A model generated the notes under the pieces. That model was not told the DNA's origin, did no database searches, and worked only from the letters and a program-made list of their open reading frames with translations. Both the position numbers and the translations under genes were made by a program. Of a DNA stretch of 64,000 bases, positions 11,528 through 25,604 are shown one piece after another; within the stretch, counting starts at the first letter, position 1, and the number at the start of each line of letters is the position of its first letter. This stretch comes from Lama glama (Eukaryota), in NCBI GenBank assembly GCA_028534125.1, contig CM052817.1:44208001-44272000 (forward strand), read 5' to 3'.

Positions 11528-12898
11528 TCTAGCCCATGTAAGCTATGTGACAAATAAAGACAGCGTCTGCCACACAAAACCCATTTTCATCAGGTTTAAT
11601 AACCACAGAGTAGGCCTGATGTTGCAGGGACTATTTTTCAGTCATTGCATTTCAAGGTTCAGTGAGCTGGACTTGTGTGCACAAAAGGCACCCTCTACCC
11701 TGCCTCGGAAAGCACATCTCATGCGGTTGAGGACGGTCAGTTTTACCAGCCCTTGGGGCAGCACTAAATGATGCAAACTTGGCTACAAGTTAACTTCTTG
11801 GTTAGAAGCCTTTTGTCTGGGGTCTCCGATTGTTCTCACCAAATACATGCATGCTCACTGCGCTCCACAGGCACTGTCCCAGGAGACCAGCCTGGAGCTC
11901 ACCAAACTATCTCTGAAGTGATTCTAAGAAAGTAACCCCCTCCAACCCTGATGACAGCTGAGATCCAGGGGATGGAGTCCACCGGCACTGCACACAGCCA
12001 CCTACACATCTAAGCATGAGTTACAGGGCCAGCCACAGAAGAGGAGTAAAACCATCTTTTCCAAGGAAGTGTGGTCCCCGATCAGTTTAGGCACCAAGCA
12101 CAGACACACCTCACATCACCTCAATGAAAATCCCCATTAAGAAATTACACGGCTCAGCCGAGACAAAGCAATCCACCTCTGTACCAGGAGGCGGCAAACC
12201 TGGCCCAGCAGCCTCCCCCTCCTCTGACGACTCACCCAGCCTGTGCGGCCCAGCACTCCGCCCCTGCTGACCCCTCCCCGTCACTGGGCTCTGCCACGGC
12301 CTGGCCTTTGCTGGGCCACTAATTCTACGTTAATTTGGATATTCTCCCCTTCACGTTTTGCTTCTTCATCTGCATCCATCCATGGTGTGGGGAAACACGT
12401 AACAAATGTTCTGGAAGTTATTCCTTCTCCTACTCACTCGTGTTGTTAGAATCGTACTGATTCACCGAAAGCTGATACGAGTGCTTCAAAAAGTAGGAGC
12501 TTTGGCAAGTTAAACCTGTTTGGCAAAGATGAACTGGGCAAACTGTAATGAGCGTTCACATCTTTGTAAATGCCTGGACTGGGTCCTGGGGCCTCTGCGA
12601 GTATAATGGTTAAGAACACGCCCGTCACTTCCTACTTGGGCAGCCTGTTTACACTTTTCAGTGCCATCATCTCCTAGACTGTTTAAAATGAGGATGTGAC
12701 AGTGACACCAGCTACGTCAGCTACCTGAGATGATGCAAATGAAGTGGTTATCGCAATGCCTGGCAATACGTGCTATCAATTTGCCCCCAAAGCCCCCCAC
12801 CCCTGATATCTGAATCCAACCGGCATTTCTGTGATGCACCAGCACACACCCCCACTCCACTGCTGTCTGGGGGCCCTGACTGCTAGATGCCTTCGTAC

Positions 12899-13067
12899 CT
12901 GAAGGGCTTGCTGTCAGGGTCAGTGTCCTTGAACCCCATCTCTTCGAGTTTACAGCGCCGATACAATTCATAATGGCGGGTGTGAGTTTGTTCTCGCAAA
13001 TCTTCCATGTTCACGCGGATCAGCATCTCCCGAAGCTTCACAAAATCACAATGGTTTTCATTCTCGA
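12899..13067 (-). CDS. SEPTIN11: SEPT11 exon 7 (169 nt): (V)[55 protein letters not shown](S)
   Basis: Acceptor TTGCAG|TC, donor CAG|GTACGA; ORF 12883..13104. Confidence 0.97.
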
Positions 13068-14113
13068 CTGCAAGAGATGGGGGAGAAAGTAGCAGGGCTG
13101 TCACTAAAATCAGAAGGGATGTTTCTATGGCATTACCATCACTCCTGACATCTCCGAGGTCTCAAGGCTTCTTGCAGGTCCTCTACTGGATCCTCCTCAC
13201 ATCCAAAGGGACACAAGACTTCTGACCACAGCGACCATGAGTGTGTGACGATGGCGACTGCTGAGTGCCTACTCTGTGCGGGCACTATGGGAGGGGCTTT
13301 ACAAGCACTGCCTTGACCCTTCGTCACAATTTGCCGAGCAGGCACTGTGACTCCTGCTTCGCGCATGTGGAGCCCGGCTTGGAGGAGCAAGCTGACCTCC
13401 CAGAGGGTGGCAGCCTGGTCTGCACTCACACACCATCACACCTGGCTCCAAGGCCAGGCCGATTTCTACCACGCCATGCCGTCTGGCCCTCTACGAGGCA
13501 GTTTTTATGTACCACCTCCTTTCATTTTATCAACAACACACTGAAAAAAGATTTCTTATTGGAGAGAAATCGGGAAGATTCATAAAAATTACAATTTTCC
13601 TACACGTCTCCAAGGTACTGTATTTTCTCATTTCTCACAGATGTACTGTCTTTATTTTGAACAAAAAAAGGACTGACATATCTTAAACCAATGAAGGAAC
13701 TTTCTGCAGCCACCCTACTTAATCCAGAGCATTGGACATCCTCCTTCAAACACACAGGGACAGGTTAACGAAGTCCTTGCCCATCAAAGTGACACATGGG
13801 AAGTGTCTTCAGGTTAGAGACCGTGGTCCTGTCCCACAATGCCAAATGTAGATCACTTCTCATAATTCTCGGATTTTCACTGAGATAACACTGAACTGGA
13901 GGACAATTTTTCCAGAAATAAGGGAGAAATTTTATGCAGCTTTCTTAGACTTTGCTGATGAAACCAGTTGGAATTCCCAGGGAAGAACTCTTTTCTACCA
14001 GGAATTTCTATTAAATTTCCCACACAACCCGGGGCCTTGAGGGGCCACCTCACTGGCACTAGGGCTTGGCAGCCACTTCTTCCTACCATTCACCAGCCTG
14101 GATCACCATTTCT

Positions 14114-14181
14114 TTCCTTCTTTCTTTTGGTGGGGGGAGGGGGAGGTAATTAGGTCTACCACTTGAGCTATACCCTCTCCC
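14114..14181 (-). mobile_element. Internally deleted copy of the same SINE
   Basis: Minus strand GGGAGAGGGTATAGCTCAAGTGGTAGA is fused directly to CCTAATTACCTCCCC...AAAAGAAAG; flanked by caccatttct/caccatctct. Confidence 0.75.
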
Positions 14182-14301
14182 ACCATCTCTTTCTTGTCTC
14201 CACGACCACCAGGTGTGAAACCCTGCTGCTCCCTCCCACTCTCCCCAGACCCAGTGGGGAGGGTCCCACGTGGGGAACCCCTCCCCGCAATGCATACATA
14301 C

Positions 14302-14398
14302 CCTGCACCACGCCCCAGGGGTACTGTCTGGCCTTTGCCATCTTGTTGCCGATCTTCACCTCTTCAGTGCTGCCGACCACGGCGAAGGGGAGGTGGAC
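14302..14398 (-). CDS. SEPTIN11: SEPT11 exon 6 (97 nt): [32 protein letters not shown](V)
   Basis: Acceptor GGCAG|GTC, donor AGG|GTATGT; start of the septin unique element. Confidence 0.97.
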
Positions 14399-14640
14399 CT
14401 GCCGGGCAACATGAGGAGAGAGTGGTCACCCTCCCTGTGCTGAGGAAGATGGGCGTCCGTCCCCCCCCCACCTGCAGCCTCCACTCAGGGGCAGGTGGAG
14501 GGAGGGCAGGAGAGCGAGGAGGCCCTACAGTTCAGCATGGGTGGGCTTCGTGGATCCGACCCCCCTGCAACCAGATAATGAATATTTGACAGGAGCCAGA
14601 CTCAAGGAGAAACTAGAGTCTCTGATTATACACCAAGTGT

Positions 14641-15207
14641 GTGCTGCCCATGGTCTGAGAGTAGCCACTACTGTATGTGCTATTGAGCACCTGAAATGAG
14701 GCCTGTAAGATCCAGAAATTTCTAATTATATTTCCTTTGAATTAATTTACATTTAAATTTTAAAGGGAAGCAGTGTGAAATATTTTTCCATTGAATATAA
14801 CTATTGTTTTGATAGGACTGTATTTCATTTTACATCACACTCAAATCTTTGGGAAAAAAAAAGCACCAGTTTTGTCAATATGTATGCAAACATACTGGAA
14901 AATGATCTTTTGGGTACTTATTTCATCTTGAAAAACTTTTAAGTTTGTTAGGAGTAAGTGGGGTATGCATCCAAGTCGGGATGTGCTGTAACTGTAAAAC
15001 ATACACTGAATGTCAAAGCCCTACTATGAAACCATCTCAAGAATTTTAATATTGATTCCATGTTGGCATGATAATATTTTTGATATATTGTGTTAAACAA
15101 GTTCTTAAAATTAATCTCATGTTTCTTTCTACTTTTTTAAATGTGGCTGCTAAAAAAATTTTAAATCACTTGTGTCGTTCATATTGTATTTCTATTGAAC
15201 AGCATTG
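14641..15207. mobile_element. hAT-Charlie element (MER33/Charlie1-like)
   Basis: GTAGCCACTA...TATTGAGCACCTGAAATG at one end and GATGTGCTGTAA...AATGTGGCT...ATTTCTATTGAACAGCATTG at the other. Confidence 0.7.
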
Positions 15208-17069
15208 CTTTAGACAGTTGATCATGGCACAAAATTCAAGTAAGAAATACACTTTAGCCCAAATGATTGCTCCAACCTTGCCCAGACTGATCTTGAGCAG
15301 AGACAGTGTTCAAGAACCCTAACTGTGCCACACTGGTTTATTCTGTAGCTATGGCTACATTCTGTTTTCTCTCAAGTCATTTTGGGTTTTTTTCTATTAG
15401 CATGTAAGAATAACATTTGAGATGGCTGCTCTGAGAATTATTATTTAGGGGTCCCGGAGATGTGTTCCTCCACTTCAGACAAACTGAGAAAGACAAGAAT
15501 GTATTAAAGCCAAATCCCCTCCCACAAAGAGCTTGGCATAACCCTCAGCCCATGCTGCCCAAGTGGTATTTTGTCTGATGCTCAAGATATTTATATTTTC
15601 TAGTTCATCTCACACTCTGCAGACAGGAAAGAAAGCACATTCTCTCTCTCCAAGTTGGGAACTGAAAAGCTGAGGAGCAGCAGGACCCTCCCAGCCAACA
15701 TTCTGATATAGTGACCAAGGAACCTGCTTTCTCCACTTGAATGGAGTGACAAGAGTAACCACCAATGAAATCTGTTTCCCACATATTATACAGGATTTTG
15801 TCACCAGGAACGGTTTGCCTACAAAAAAACTTCTTGATAGAGCAAGGTTAATTGGGGATTATCAGTTCCATGAATCTGATAGAGAGAAAATAGCAAAGGT
15901 TCATGGGTATTTTCTTTCCAAGAAATTTAACACAGACTTAGTTTTATGACCATGCAAAAGGATTTAAAAGGAAGGGAAGGGATATACAGAGGAAAACTGG
16001 ATGGTATTCATTCATGTTACTTCCTGATTCCTACACTGAGCTCAGATTGCAGTTTGACAGCAGAATAAACAAGCGCCATCACGGCCTAAGCCCTGGACGA
16101 TGCTCTAACCAAGTATGGTCCTCTGCTTGGGTGGCCGTTAGGATAAAGGGTGAGAGTGTCGGCTTCAGCCAAAGCGCCTGGGTTCACATCCTGCTCCATC
16201 ATTGACAGCTGTTCACTCTTAGCTGTGGGCTGCCATCTCCTGACATGTGAGGTGGGAGTAATAAACCCCCCCCATGGGATTATTGTGAGCATTAAATGTG
16301 GAGCCTCGAACAGTGCCTGATGCATCAGAAATGCTCCATAAATGTTAGCAAGTCAGGCACTGTTTTTGTGAAGCTCTCAATACCTATTTATGTAGAGAAT
16401 TTTAGGGCTGGGACCCCATGTAGGAATTCCCTCCACAGTATCTCCTCCAAGTGAGTTGAAACAGAATCTATGGTCCACTAACCACTTGTGAAAGCTACAC
16501 ATGCACTTCACACAGGCCAAAACCCCTGTCGGCTTTGGTTCCTCCTTTTGACTAAGTCTAGTCACTCTCCCTGCGACAACCTTCCTCTCACATGTCCTCA
16601 TGGCCATGTCCCAGGAAGAAGCTGCTCTCCAGTTTCTTCCAGGGATTCCATATCCTTCACTCTCCTGGCCACAGGAGCATGACAGCCAGAGGGGCTCACA
16701 TGACTCAGAGTGTGACCAGACTGGGGCAGAGCAGAGCCGGGCCATCTCTGCATTATTAATGAGATCCCTAAATTGTAAATTTGGTGATTTCTCAGAGAAG
16801 GGAAATGTTATATTTCTTCCCAAAGTCCTAGTCATGTTGGGAATGATTTAAGGGAGAAATTCCTCCTTAAATGATTAACAGCCCCATATAGAACAGTCCA
16901 CGTGTGAACTGAAAAAAGAAGCAGTTCTGTCATCATCTCCTAATAATCATGGTAGACAACACAGGACTGGAGACCAGGCTGGCTGGGCTGAAATCTCGGT
17001 GCTGCTATTAACTGGATGGCTTTGACCAAGTCATTTAATTCTCCAGATGAGCTTCAGTATGACTTTCTT

Positions 17070-17303
17070 TGTCCAGAACAGGCAAATCTACAGAGATAAG
17101 GAGACAGATCAGTGGTTGCCGATGTCTGGGGTGGTTAGAGGGCTGACTGCTAAAAGGCACATAGTTTCGTTCTGGGGTGATGAAAATGTTCTCAAATTGA
17201 CTGTGGCAATGGTCGCACAACTCTGTGATCATACTAAAAGCTACTGAATTGTATCATTTAAATGGGTGAGTTGTACAGTATATCAATTAGATCTCAATAA
17301 AGT
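17070..17303 (+). mobile_element. Old LINE-1 3' end (L1MB-like)
   Basis: GTCCAGAACAGGCAAATCTACAGAGA...TGGGGTGATGAAAATGTTCT...ATCTCAATAAAG. Confidence 0.75.
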
Positions 17304-18224
17304 GACTTTAGTGCCTTTAATAAGGACTTGATTAGATATTTTTCATGATCAGATCTAAGGAAAGCAGAAAATATCTCAATGAACCACAAATCAAAAAACC
17401 TGGACTGACTTCTGCTGCCACCAGCATACTTCCAAATCAGTGGAAGTTGTGCTCAGTGTTGAGCACATATTCAGGGAAGGCCAAGCCATTTAACAGCTTC
17501 AAATTCACTGAGGCTAACCTACAATTTTAAGAATTCTGAGAACCATCATTGGGCATCAACTACGTGTGAAGAAGGCTACTTCTACAGAAGTTATGCATCC
17601 CCAAATGGAGGGAGATCTGGACCATCACGTGGCTCAGAAATGAGCCAGGACAGTGGGAGGGACGGGTCTCAGCTGCAGGAGGGAGGCTCACCGGGGGAGA
17701 CACTCCCACAGGCACACTTAGACCACCGAAGCTCTCATCATCTGTCTCCTGACCACTCATTCCTCCCTGTGATATGGAAATGGTACCCTCCCCTGCCAGT
17801 TTACTGAATGATTCAGGAAAGGGTGGGAAACACAGAAAGGAAGAAAAGACAAAAACAAATCACAGAAGCGAAAGCGAGCAGGTGGATGTGTTTCTGCCAA
17901 CATCAGTGGAAGCAAGCAGAGAGAGCTATTTCCTCTAAGTGGCTTTGTGAGAAATGGCGCTGGGCTGGCAGTCCCTTCCCACGAGATTTGCTGTAGAAAT
18001 CATAACTTAGAACAGGAAGGAAACTTGAGATCTTGTCTACTTCTCCCATCTGATAGATGGAGAAACTGAGAAGCAGCTGATTAAATGACATGAAGGACTG
18101 GCAGAGTTGGACCAGACTGAGGACATCCAATTCCTGGTCCAGTGCTGCAGCCACTGCACAAAGCTGCCACTAAGACAAGCATTCAGGAACATCACTAGCT
18201 GTCTTTCCTTACTTGGGGACTTAC

Positions 18225-18386
18225 ACTCATCGTCGCATTGATCTCTGCCACTGTTTCTTCGTCTGTGGGGAACTGATATATCTGGACTCCATTGCTGACT
18301 AGTTCACTCATGATCTTACTCTTGAATTTGTGCAATTCGTTCTTGGCAATGGTGTCAGCTTTTGCAATTATTGGGATGATGTTCAC
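18225..18386 (-). CDS. SEPTIN11: SEPT11 exon 5 (162 nt): [54 protein letters not shown]
   Basis: Acceptor TTACAG|GTG, donor AGT|GTAAGT; G4 motif AKAD. Confidence 0.97.
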
Positions 18387-19092
18387 CTGTAAACCAAACA
18401 CATCCGTTTTTATACAACTCCAACATAAGAGAAGTAATTAGACAAATCAATAAAAGAGAAAAAACAAATAAATTAAAATTGTAAAACTTCATTTAGAAAA
18501 TAGAGATGATATTGAACATCAGACTTTCTACCTAGATGCAAAATTAAGAAGATACGGGATAATTTTTAGTTCCGTCTCTGAACCCCTTAACTTCCTCCCA
18601 TCTGGCACTGGAAGAAAGCACCCTCGTCATTTCCTCTTCTGTGCTACCTCGTTTTCTTTACAGCATAAAAGGAAGTGTTACTCTATGACACATAGCAATA
18701 ACAAAGAAGCTTATTCTTTGAATAACCAACCACTCCTTTCAGACCCCTCCCAGCCACTCTAGGAGCTTGATTTTTGTATGCTCCTAAGAGTAATACCAAA
18801 GTTTTCATTCGTTAGAAGACTGGAACAGTCAGCTCTACACAGGATAGCATCCTTTCTTTCTTCTTATGAGCTGGAAACTGCTAGGAGCAGAGAACCCAAG
18901 TATTCACCAAAACAAAAATGGTTTCACCTACTTTTACATTTTTAAAAATCACACCAATTCTCTTGAAAATCAGCTTCTATCACATTATGCCAGGATGCGA
19001 CCTGGTGCCAAAGACAAGTCTCACTTTCAGAGCGTTGGTTACAAAGACCAGGAGAGAACATGGTGTTTGACAGCAAAGGCAGAAACCATCTC

Positions 19093-19180
19093 TTTTTTTT
19101 TAATGGAGGTGCTGGGGATTAGAACCCAGGACCTTGTGCATGCTAAGTATGTGCTCTACCACTGAGCTATGACCTTCCCC
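19093..19180 (-). mobile_element. tRNA-Ala-derived SINE (short form)
   Basis: Minus strand GGGGAAGGTCATAGCTCAGTGGTAGAGCACATACTTAGCATGCACAAGGTCCTGGGTTC...CCTCCATT followed by poly(A). Confidence 0.85.
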
Positions 19181-19934
19181 GCCAAGAAAGCATTTTTTAA
19201 ACAGTGTTGTTTGGACAGAAAATAACACCAAAAAGAGCCTTCTAAAGTGATAAGCCTTTTTACTGAACTTGTAAGGAGGTAAGAGTCTAGGAGGAAACAC
19301 CATAGCTTAATTTCGTGGTTGTTCTACTGTTGTTTGCTTCTTCTTTATTTCAGAATGTGTCGTCTTCCATTTATTTCAAAATGGAAACTCAAATTAATCA
19401 TCAAGTAAATCATCAAACATTGTCAGGCTTATCAGTCCCTTCCTTCAAATGCTGTGAATGAGAGAGGTTATAAATGTGCAAAGATCAGCAGTCAAACTCA
19501 ATCTAAAACTATCCTTTTGATAGTTGGTGCAGTTCAGTTTTAAAATTTAAGAAGTTGGACCATCCTTGTCACATAGATAGAAAAATTAACACTTAACACT
19601 TTTTTTTTCATCCTTAACTTCAAATTAAAGCCAAACCTGTAGAAACCTTTTGAGGAGCGATAAAGTTTTTAAGAAAATAAACAAATCATGAATTACAGTT
19701 CATTCTCCCTAAATCTACCTCTTCCTATGATCCATCAGGTATCTCCACAGTATTAATTCCCCAACCCTCAACAGAGCACACACTGGTGCTAATTCAAGAC
19801 CTAAAAATACTTTGTAATAGGCTACAGGGTTTTGTTTGTTTGTTTTGTTTAATCCTAATATCCAGAGAGGTTTTGAGCCATTTTTTTTCACATTGTTAAA
19901 CCCTATGGTTTTGTAAACCACAAAAAAAACGAAA

Positions 19935-20246
19935 CCAGGGTTAGGAATCAGGAGAGGGATGAACAGTGGAACACAGAGGATTTCTAGGGCAGTGGAACTA
20001 CTTTGTATGACACTGTAGTGATGAAAAAATGTCATTATAAATTTATCTAACTCCATAGAATGTACCAGACCGAGACTGAACCCTCATGTAAGCCACAGAC
20101 TTTAGGTGACAGCGACGTGTCAGTGTAGGTTCTTCAACTGTAATGGGGGAGGCTCTGCACGTGGGGTGGTAGGGAGTATATGGAAAAATCTCTGCACCTT
20201 CCTTTCAATTTTGCTGTGAACCTAAAACTGTTCTTTAAAACAAAAC
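19935..20246 (+). mobile_element. Old LINE-1 3' end (L1MC-like)
   Basis: ACAGAGGATTTCTAGGGCAGTGGAACTACT...CAATTTTGCTGTGAACCTAAAACTG. Confidence 0.75.
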
Positions 20247-20340
20247 ACCAAATTACACTGAAAGCAGAGAAGAAGTTGGGGCCTTCGGATAAAGGTGATC
20301 TTACAGGATGGTGGGCAGTCCCCAGGGCAGCAGTGAGTAC

Positions 20341-20527
20341 CTTACTGTCCAGCTTCTTCATGGTGACCAGGTCCAGGGACTTCAGCGAATGTCCCGTAGG
20401 GGCGATGAAGTAGAGGCACGCATGGATCCTGGTGTCGTGGTAGTTGAAGAGAGAACGTTTGATCTTCAGTTCCTCTTGCAGGTAGGCCTCGAACTGGGCA
20501 TCAATATATTCCACTATTGGCTTATAG
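20341..20527 (-). CDS. SEPTIN11: SEPT11 exon 4 (187 nt): (S)[62 protein letters not shown]
   Basis: Acceptor TTCTAG|C, donor AAG|GTACTC; ORF 20134..20514. Confidence 0.97.
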
Positions 20528-20589
20528 CTAGAATGCAGAAGGTTTTTTAAGACACATTTTCAAACCAGCATGTTGCTAGTCTCAAACCT

Positions 20590-20870
20590 CTTGTGCAGTT
20601 CAGCGTGGTACAATCCTCCAGGAAAGTCTTCCATGGTCCCCTCTTCCCTAAGAGCTAACACTCAAGTTCCTGACCTGGCACCTCAGGCCTTCCATCATCT
20701 GGCCTCAGGACATTGCCCCAGGCTCCTCTCTTCCACCCGACTCCCTGGCTTACCCTTTCTGTCCTATACATCAAGATTTCGCCCGCCTCCCTGCACCTCT
20801 GCTCATGCTGTTCCTACATGGAACAGTCTTTTTCCTGTTGTTCCCCTGGCTAACATTCATCCTTTAAATC
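20590..20870. mobile_element. LINE-2 fragment
   Basis: CAGGCCTTCCATCATCTGGCC...CCTCTGCTCATGCTGTTCC...TGGAAC...CATCCTTTAAATC. Similar L2-like pieces occur at ~22640-23050, ~39850-39990, ~40330-40680, ~43850-44030 and ~59710-60120. Confidence 0.55.
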
Positions 20871-21987
20871 AAAGATTATACACACGGGGGACACACCTTT
20901 ACCTCCCCCATGGCACCCATGAAGATAGTGCTAAGAGACTGTGGCATGCTTTCCTGCTGAGCCAAAACTGAACCTCATAATCTGTCAAGAAAGTGATTTT
21001 GACAGGCTCTCCCAACTGACTGGCCTCGGCGCACAAAATGAAGCTGGTCTGAGGTTTCAGAGTGCGGCACCGCCTCCTGCTGGCAGCCCCTCCCTGCTCC
21101 TCTACCCTGTCCCCCGGGGAGGAGGGCACCTCTGTGCTCTCAGAGCCCTGTGCACCTGCCATGATGTCATCTATCAGCTGAAGTGCCTGGTCTGTTATGA
21201 TCGAGATTCCTTCCAACTCTCAAGCTTTCTGATTTGAAGGTGAACTTTGTAACCATCATTTCTCACCAAACCATAATTCAAGTCTGTTTTGGATAATTGC
21301 ACATGACTCTATTCACTGACCACAACACAGGCATTAACAGTATGTGGAATACATGTTCAATAAACCACACGTTCTCCAGGGATTAAGCAGTGCATTAGGT
21401 CAGTGAGGAAAAGCCATGAACCCTTCCAGGTCTCCAGGGGGACTGCCCAGAAGTTAGCGTCAGCAGCAGTGAGACAGGATGACCAGGAACAAAATGGGTT
21501 AATTCTTCCCCAAGCTTACCACCTTGCTGAGGAATGACTTAAGCTTTAAGAAAAATAAAAAACCTTTCAACACTCAACTCTCAGATCCATAAATTCAACT
21601 GAAATCCCTCAAAGGAAACTACAAATCTTTTTATAATGAAGATGACAGCAGTTGCCCTGAAAGAAAAAACAAACAAACAAAAAACAAAGCAAATAAAAAA
21701 TAAAAATAAAAATTTATGACCAAAAGTGAAAACAGAAAAAAGCTTTCTTATGTTTTCCCTCGGTGATTTATCAAAATTCATTGATTCAATTTGAGCAGAC
21801 TCCCAAGAGGTTTACAGAAAAAGTAGAATGTGTCTCAATATAATTCTAAACATGACAACAGAAATCCCAATTAATTCCAGCGGAAAGGATGAACAAGCAG
21901 TAAGATTCACCTACATTTTCCAATTTTAAAATATAGGCAGGTATTACATGACAATAGCACTAATCATTATGACAGGATAGTTACATG

Positions 21988-22215
21988 CAATGGTGGTTAG
22001 ATACACGGATTCAAGCCAGATCGCCTAAGACCAAACTCCAACTCTACAATTTACTAGCTGTGTGACTTTCAGCAAGTTACTAAACCTCTCTGGGGCTCAA
22101 TCGCCTCATAGGCAACGTCAAGGACAAAAATAGGACCTATATCAGAGAGCTAATGTGACAAATAAGTGGGCTAATATATGTAAAGAACTAGCACAGAAAA
22201 GTGAGCTATAACTAT
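21988..22215 (+). mobile_element. MIR SINE
   Basis: TGGTGGTTAG...TTACTAGCTGTGTGACTTT...CAAGTTACTAAACCTCTCTG...ATGTAAAGAACTAGCACAG. Confidence 0.7.
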
Positions 22216-23531
22216 CTCACAGTAATATGATAAACAATAAATAAGAGAAAAGCAAGCCTGACTTTTCAAAAAGATAGTGGGGAAAGAAAGGAACTTTACA
22301 CTGAGCAGGTTCCATAGTAACCGTTCTACTACTGAGCTCCTGCCCTGCAGGGCAGTGGACCAGGCCACTCCAACGAGGCCCATTTGTGCCCTGCCAATCC
22401 AGGGCCTGATCTTTCGGCCTCCTGATCCTGAGGCATGTGTTTGGGGGGAATCAGTGTCCTCCCCCGGCCCCTCTCATCCCCAAGGAGAGGACAAGCAGCT
22501 CAAAGCGGGCGCTCCTTCCTGCCTCCCCAGTGCTTGATTTGCAGCTTCATAACACCTCCCCCCCATCAGTGGTCCAAGTATGTTTCTTTTTTCTATCAGT
22601 TTTCTTTTGCCTTTGGTTTTGATCCTAATACTCTAAGATGATGGGAGGCCTAACACCTCTCCATTTCCAGCGAGGAATGCTTTCTGCCCTGGATTCAGTA
22701 TATCCAAAGAAATCCTTCCGCATTCCCCTGCTAAGGAGTTCTGGCCAACATTTCCAATCTCCTTTTCCCTGTATGCGGTTTCCTTGGACAATCACATTAA
22801 TTCTCGTGTTTCACTTAACCAACTCTTTCACCCAAGTTTCAGACCAGTCCATCCAACTGCTTACCATACATTTCCATTTGCTTGTCTAACTAAATGTGTC
22901 CAGAAGCAAACTCTTCATCTTGTCCCCAACCCCCACTCCCCTGTATTCCTCAGCTCAGCGGACAGCACCTCCATCCACACCACTGGCCATGTCAGATGCT
23001 GGGATTTGACTCGGAGACCTCCGCTCCCACCTCCCACACACAATTGAGCACGAAATCCTATGCACTTACCCTGTATATTATCATGAACAAATACACGTGC
23101 TTCAGGAGAACTATGTGTCGAAACCGCTATCCCTGGGTTCAAGATTTAATTACCCTGATGAAATGGTTTCTTCTCGATGAGTAATGAATCGGCCAAGTGG
23201 CTCTGTACTCCCCGTCACATCCTTTCAACAAACCCTCTGCCCTCTCTCCTGCTCCTGTCCACTCATTATCTACATCCAAAGTTATAAAGGTAAGGAAACT
23301 TAATCCTTATTTTGCTAGTTTCCATCCTTACAGCAGGGATACCTATTCATATTCTGTGTGGCCAATGCAAACTTCTTTGGAGTGTAGCCATATCAAGCAG
23401 GGGTGAGTGGGGGGTGGTTAGGACAAATCAAACCAAGTCCTTATGTTTTCACATAATTTTCTTAAGGCATGGGGATATTCCTTTTTACCTGCCACTCTTT
23501 CTCCCCGCCCCCATAAATCTCCAGCCATAAA

Positions 23532-23563
<32 letters not shown>

Positions 23564-23568
23564 ACACA
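23532..23568 (+). repeat. (CA)n microsatellite
   Basis: Long AC run with one TA interruption; shorter CA runs at ~2768-2783 and ~5116-5128. Confidence 0.95.
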
Positions 23569-25604
23569 ATTGACAGAAGCTGACCCTAAAAATTGATGGG
23601 AAAAAAATTTTATATAACATTTTCCATCCACCCAAGCTACCCACTGATCATTCTTGCGAAACAGCCAATGCCACTGTTCAGGGACAGACTCTCAATGTTA
23701 TATATGACCAGATACCTACCATATATATTTTTTTCTCTCTTGCTATCCATTAGCCAAAGTTAATTTTCCTAATCTTTCAACTACCTTTACCAGAACATGT
23801 GACAGAACAGAATTTGAAGACCACACAGTCACTTTCACAACTCCGATAAAGATTTCATGAGTTTGAGGATTCTCTCACAGTGGATTCCGATTATCCGTGC
23901 TTTTTAGAGTGATTATCATTACAGTTTGTAATGTGTGGTTGACGGTCTATCTCTCATCTCCCAAATGTGGGAGAAGTGAATTCTTCTCTTTCCAGTGCTA
24001 CAGAAAACTTGGTTTCCCTTCTTCTCTAGACCTCTTTCCTTCTTCACTAAAGAGCACAGGCAGCGAAACAAGGAGGCCCTTGGACCACGAAGAGTTAATC
24101 GTGTTGTTAAACAAAACAGGAAACCTTACCAGATCTCTTTTCCTGCCTCCTTCTAGCTAGCCTGGTCCCAGGCAGATAATGATGCAGGAATGCTGACATG
24201 TCCGAAGCCTACATAAACAAACTGGGGCATTCTTGAAGTCTTGCGTCGATGGCAAAAAAGCTTGCCTAATCCTCAAAGTAGTAAAAATAATCACAGGTTT
24301 AGAGAAACAGCATATCCCTTCCCATATGTTTACATATCGATACAAAAATGCATATCCCACTTCCAATTTTCTGGTGGAAGAGACCCTGTCTGACTATTTT
24401 TTAAACAACAGTCATTTGCATTGTAGTCAGGAGTGTTCTCTTGGGGCACAGAGTTCTAAATGCCACTTAAAGAGGTTATGCAACAGCTGTCAAGAAATTT
24501 CACAAGAAAAAAAATATTTGGTATCTAGGTTAGGTTAATATCATACTTCCTCTCTTCTGAGTCTCCTTGGAAACTATCATTTGACCCAAATGAGTCAGAT
24601 AATTTCTTAAAGAGGCCTCCAGCTGCAAATGTGTGGATGGGCAATGCACTGGCCACCTGCTGCTCAGGGCTGGTGAGTGAAAACCAAGCAGACTGAGGGC
24701 AAGTCCCCGTGTCGGGGAGAAGTCCAATGTAGAGGCAGTACTGAGGCAGCGACTCTGAGCTGGAATCATTCATGGAATCTTAGCAGCAAAATGCCACAGA
24801 CCAGTTCTTATTCCTGCAGGAAGGGATCTTGAAAAGGTCCAGCCGCTGTCTTCCCACCGGAGAGTGCACAAGCATGGCATTCCCCAACTCCAGGGAGAAA
24901 TCTGCAGAGGCCAGAGGTGCAGACCCGCCTTGCTCTAATGGTGCACGGTGACTGCACAAGGACCCAGAGCCCCGGGCTCTCTCCTCGGCTCCAAGAATGT
25001 CCTTGTGCTCTTTGGCTTGTCGCCAGAGTTTTCTCTTCATCTGTTTCACTGGGCATTACCAACAGCCTTCAGGCAGGAACCTCTCCATCGTTCCTCAGCA
25101 CTGAGGTCATAAATTAAGAGCAACTGCTCAGCTGCAGGGGCTGAGCTTAGCTATCCCCCACTCCAACACAATGTATGGATAGTCCATTTTGACAGACGCA
25201 AAACACAATCTTTCTTATTGTGTCTAACAATTGCTCCTGTTATTGAGGCCAGTGTTTACTGAAGAGCATTTAAATTGCTCTACAGATAAAACAGAGCTCA
25301 GTGCTCAGCTAGAGCATGAGTTAAATATTTCTCTGTCATTACTATGTGCTCACATTCATATCACAGACAGAGTATAACTAGACAATACACAGCTCTAGAT
25401 GAAAATAGTTCAAATTCCTCTTTTAAAAACACACACAAATAACATACACTGTTTTGGGTAAAATGAAAACAAACAAAAACCTGGTACTAATGAAGCTTCT
25501 GAGCCAGAAGCAAACATAATGTAACTTCATGATTTGGTGTCTTATTCTTATTAAGCTGTCACTACAGAAAAATGTCTCTGGAAGCCTCCTTCTGGAATTA
25601 CCTT

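Noticed and set aside
23063..23072. Isolated consensus donor CAGG|GTAAGT on the minus strand in intron 3
   Set aside because: No convincing paired acceptor or in-frame exon identified; such sites are common in long introns.
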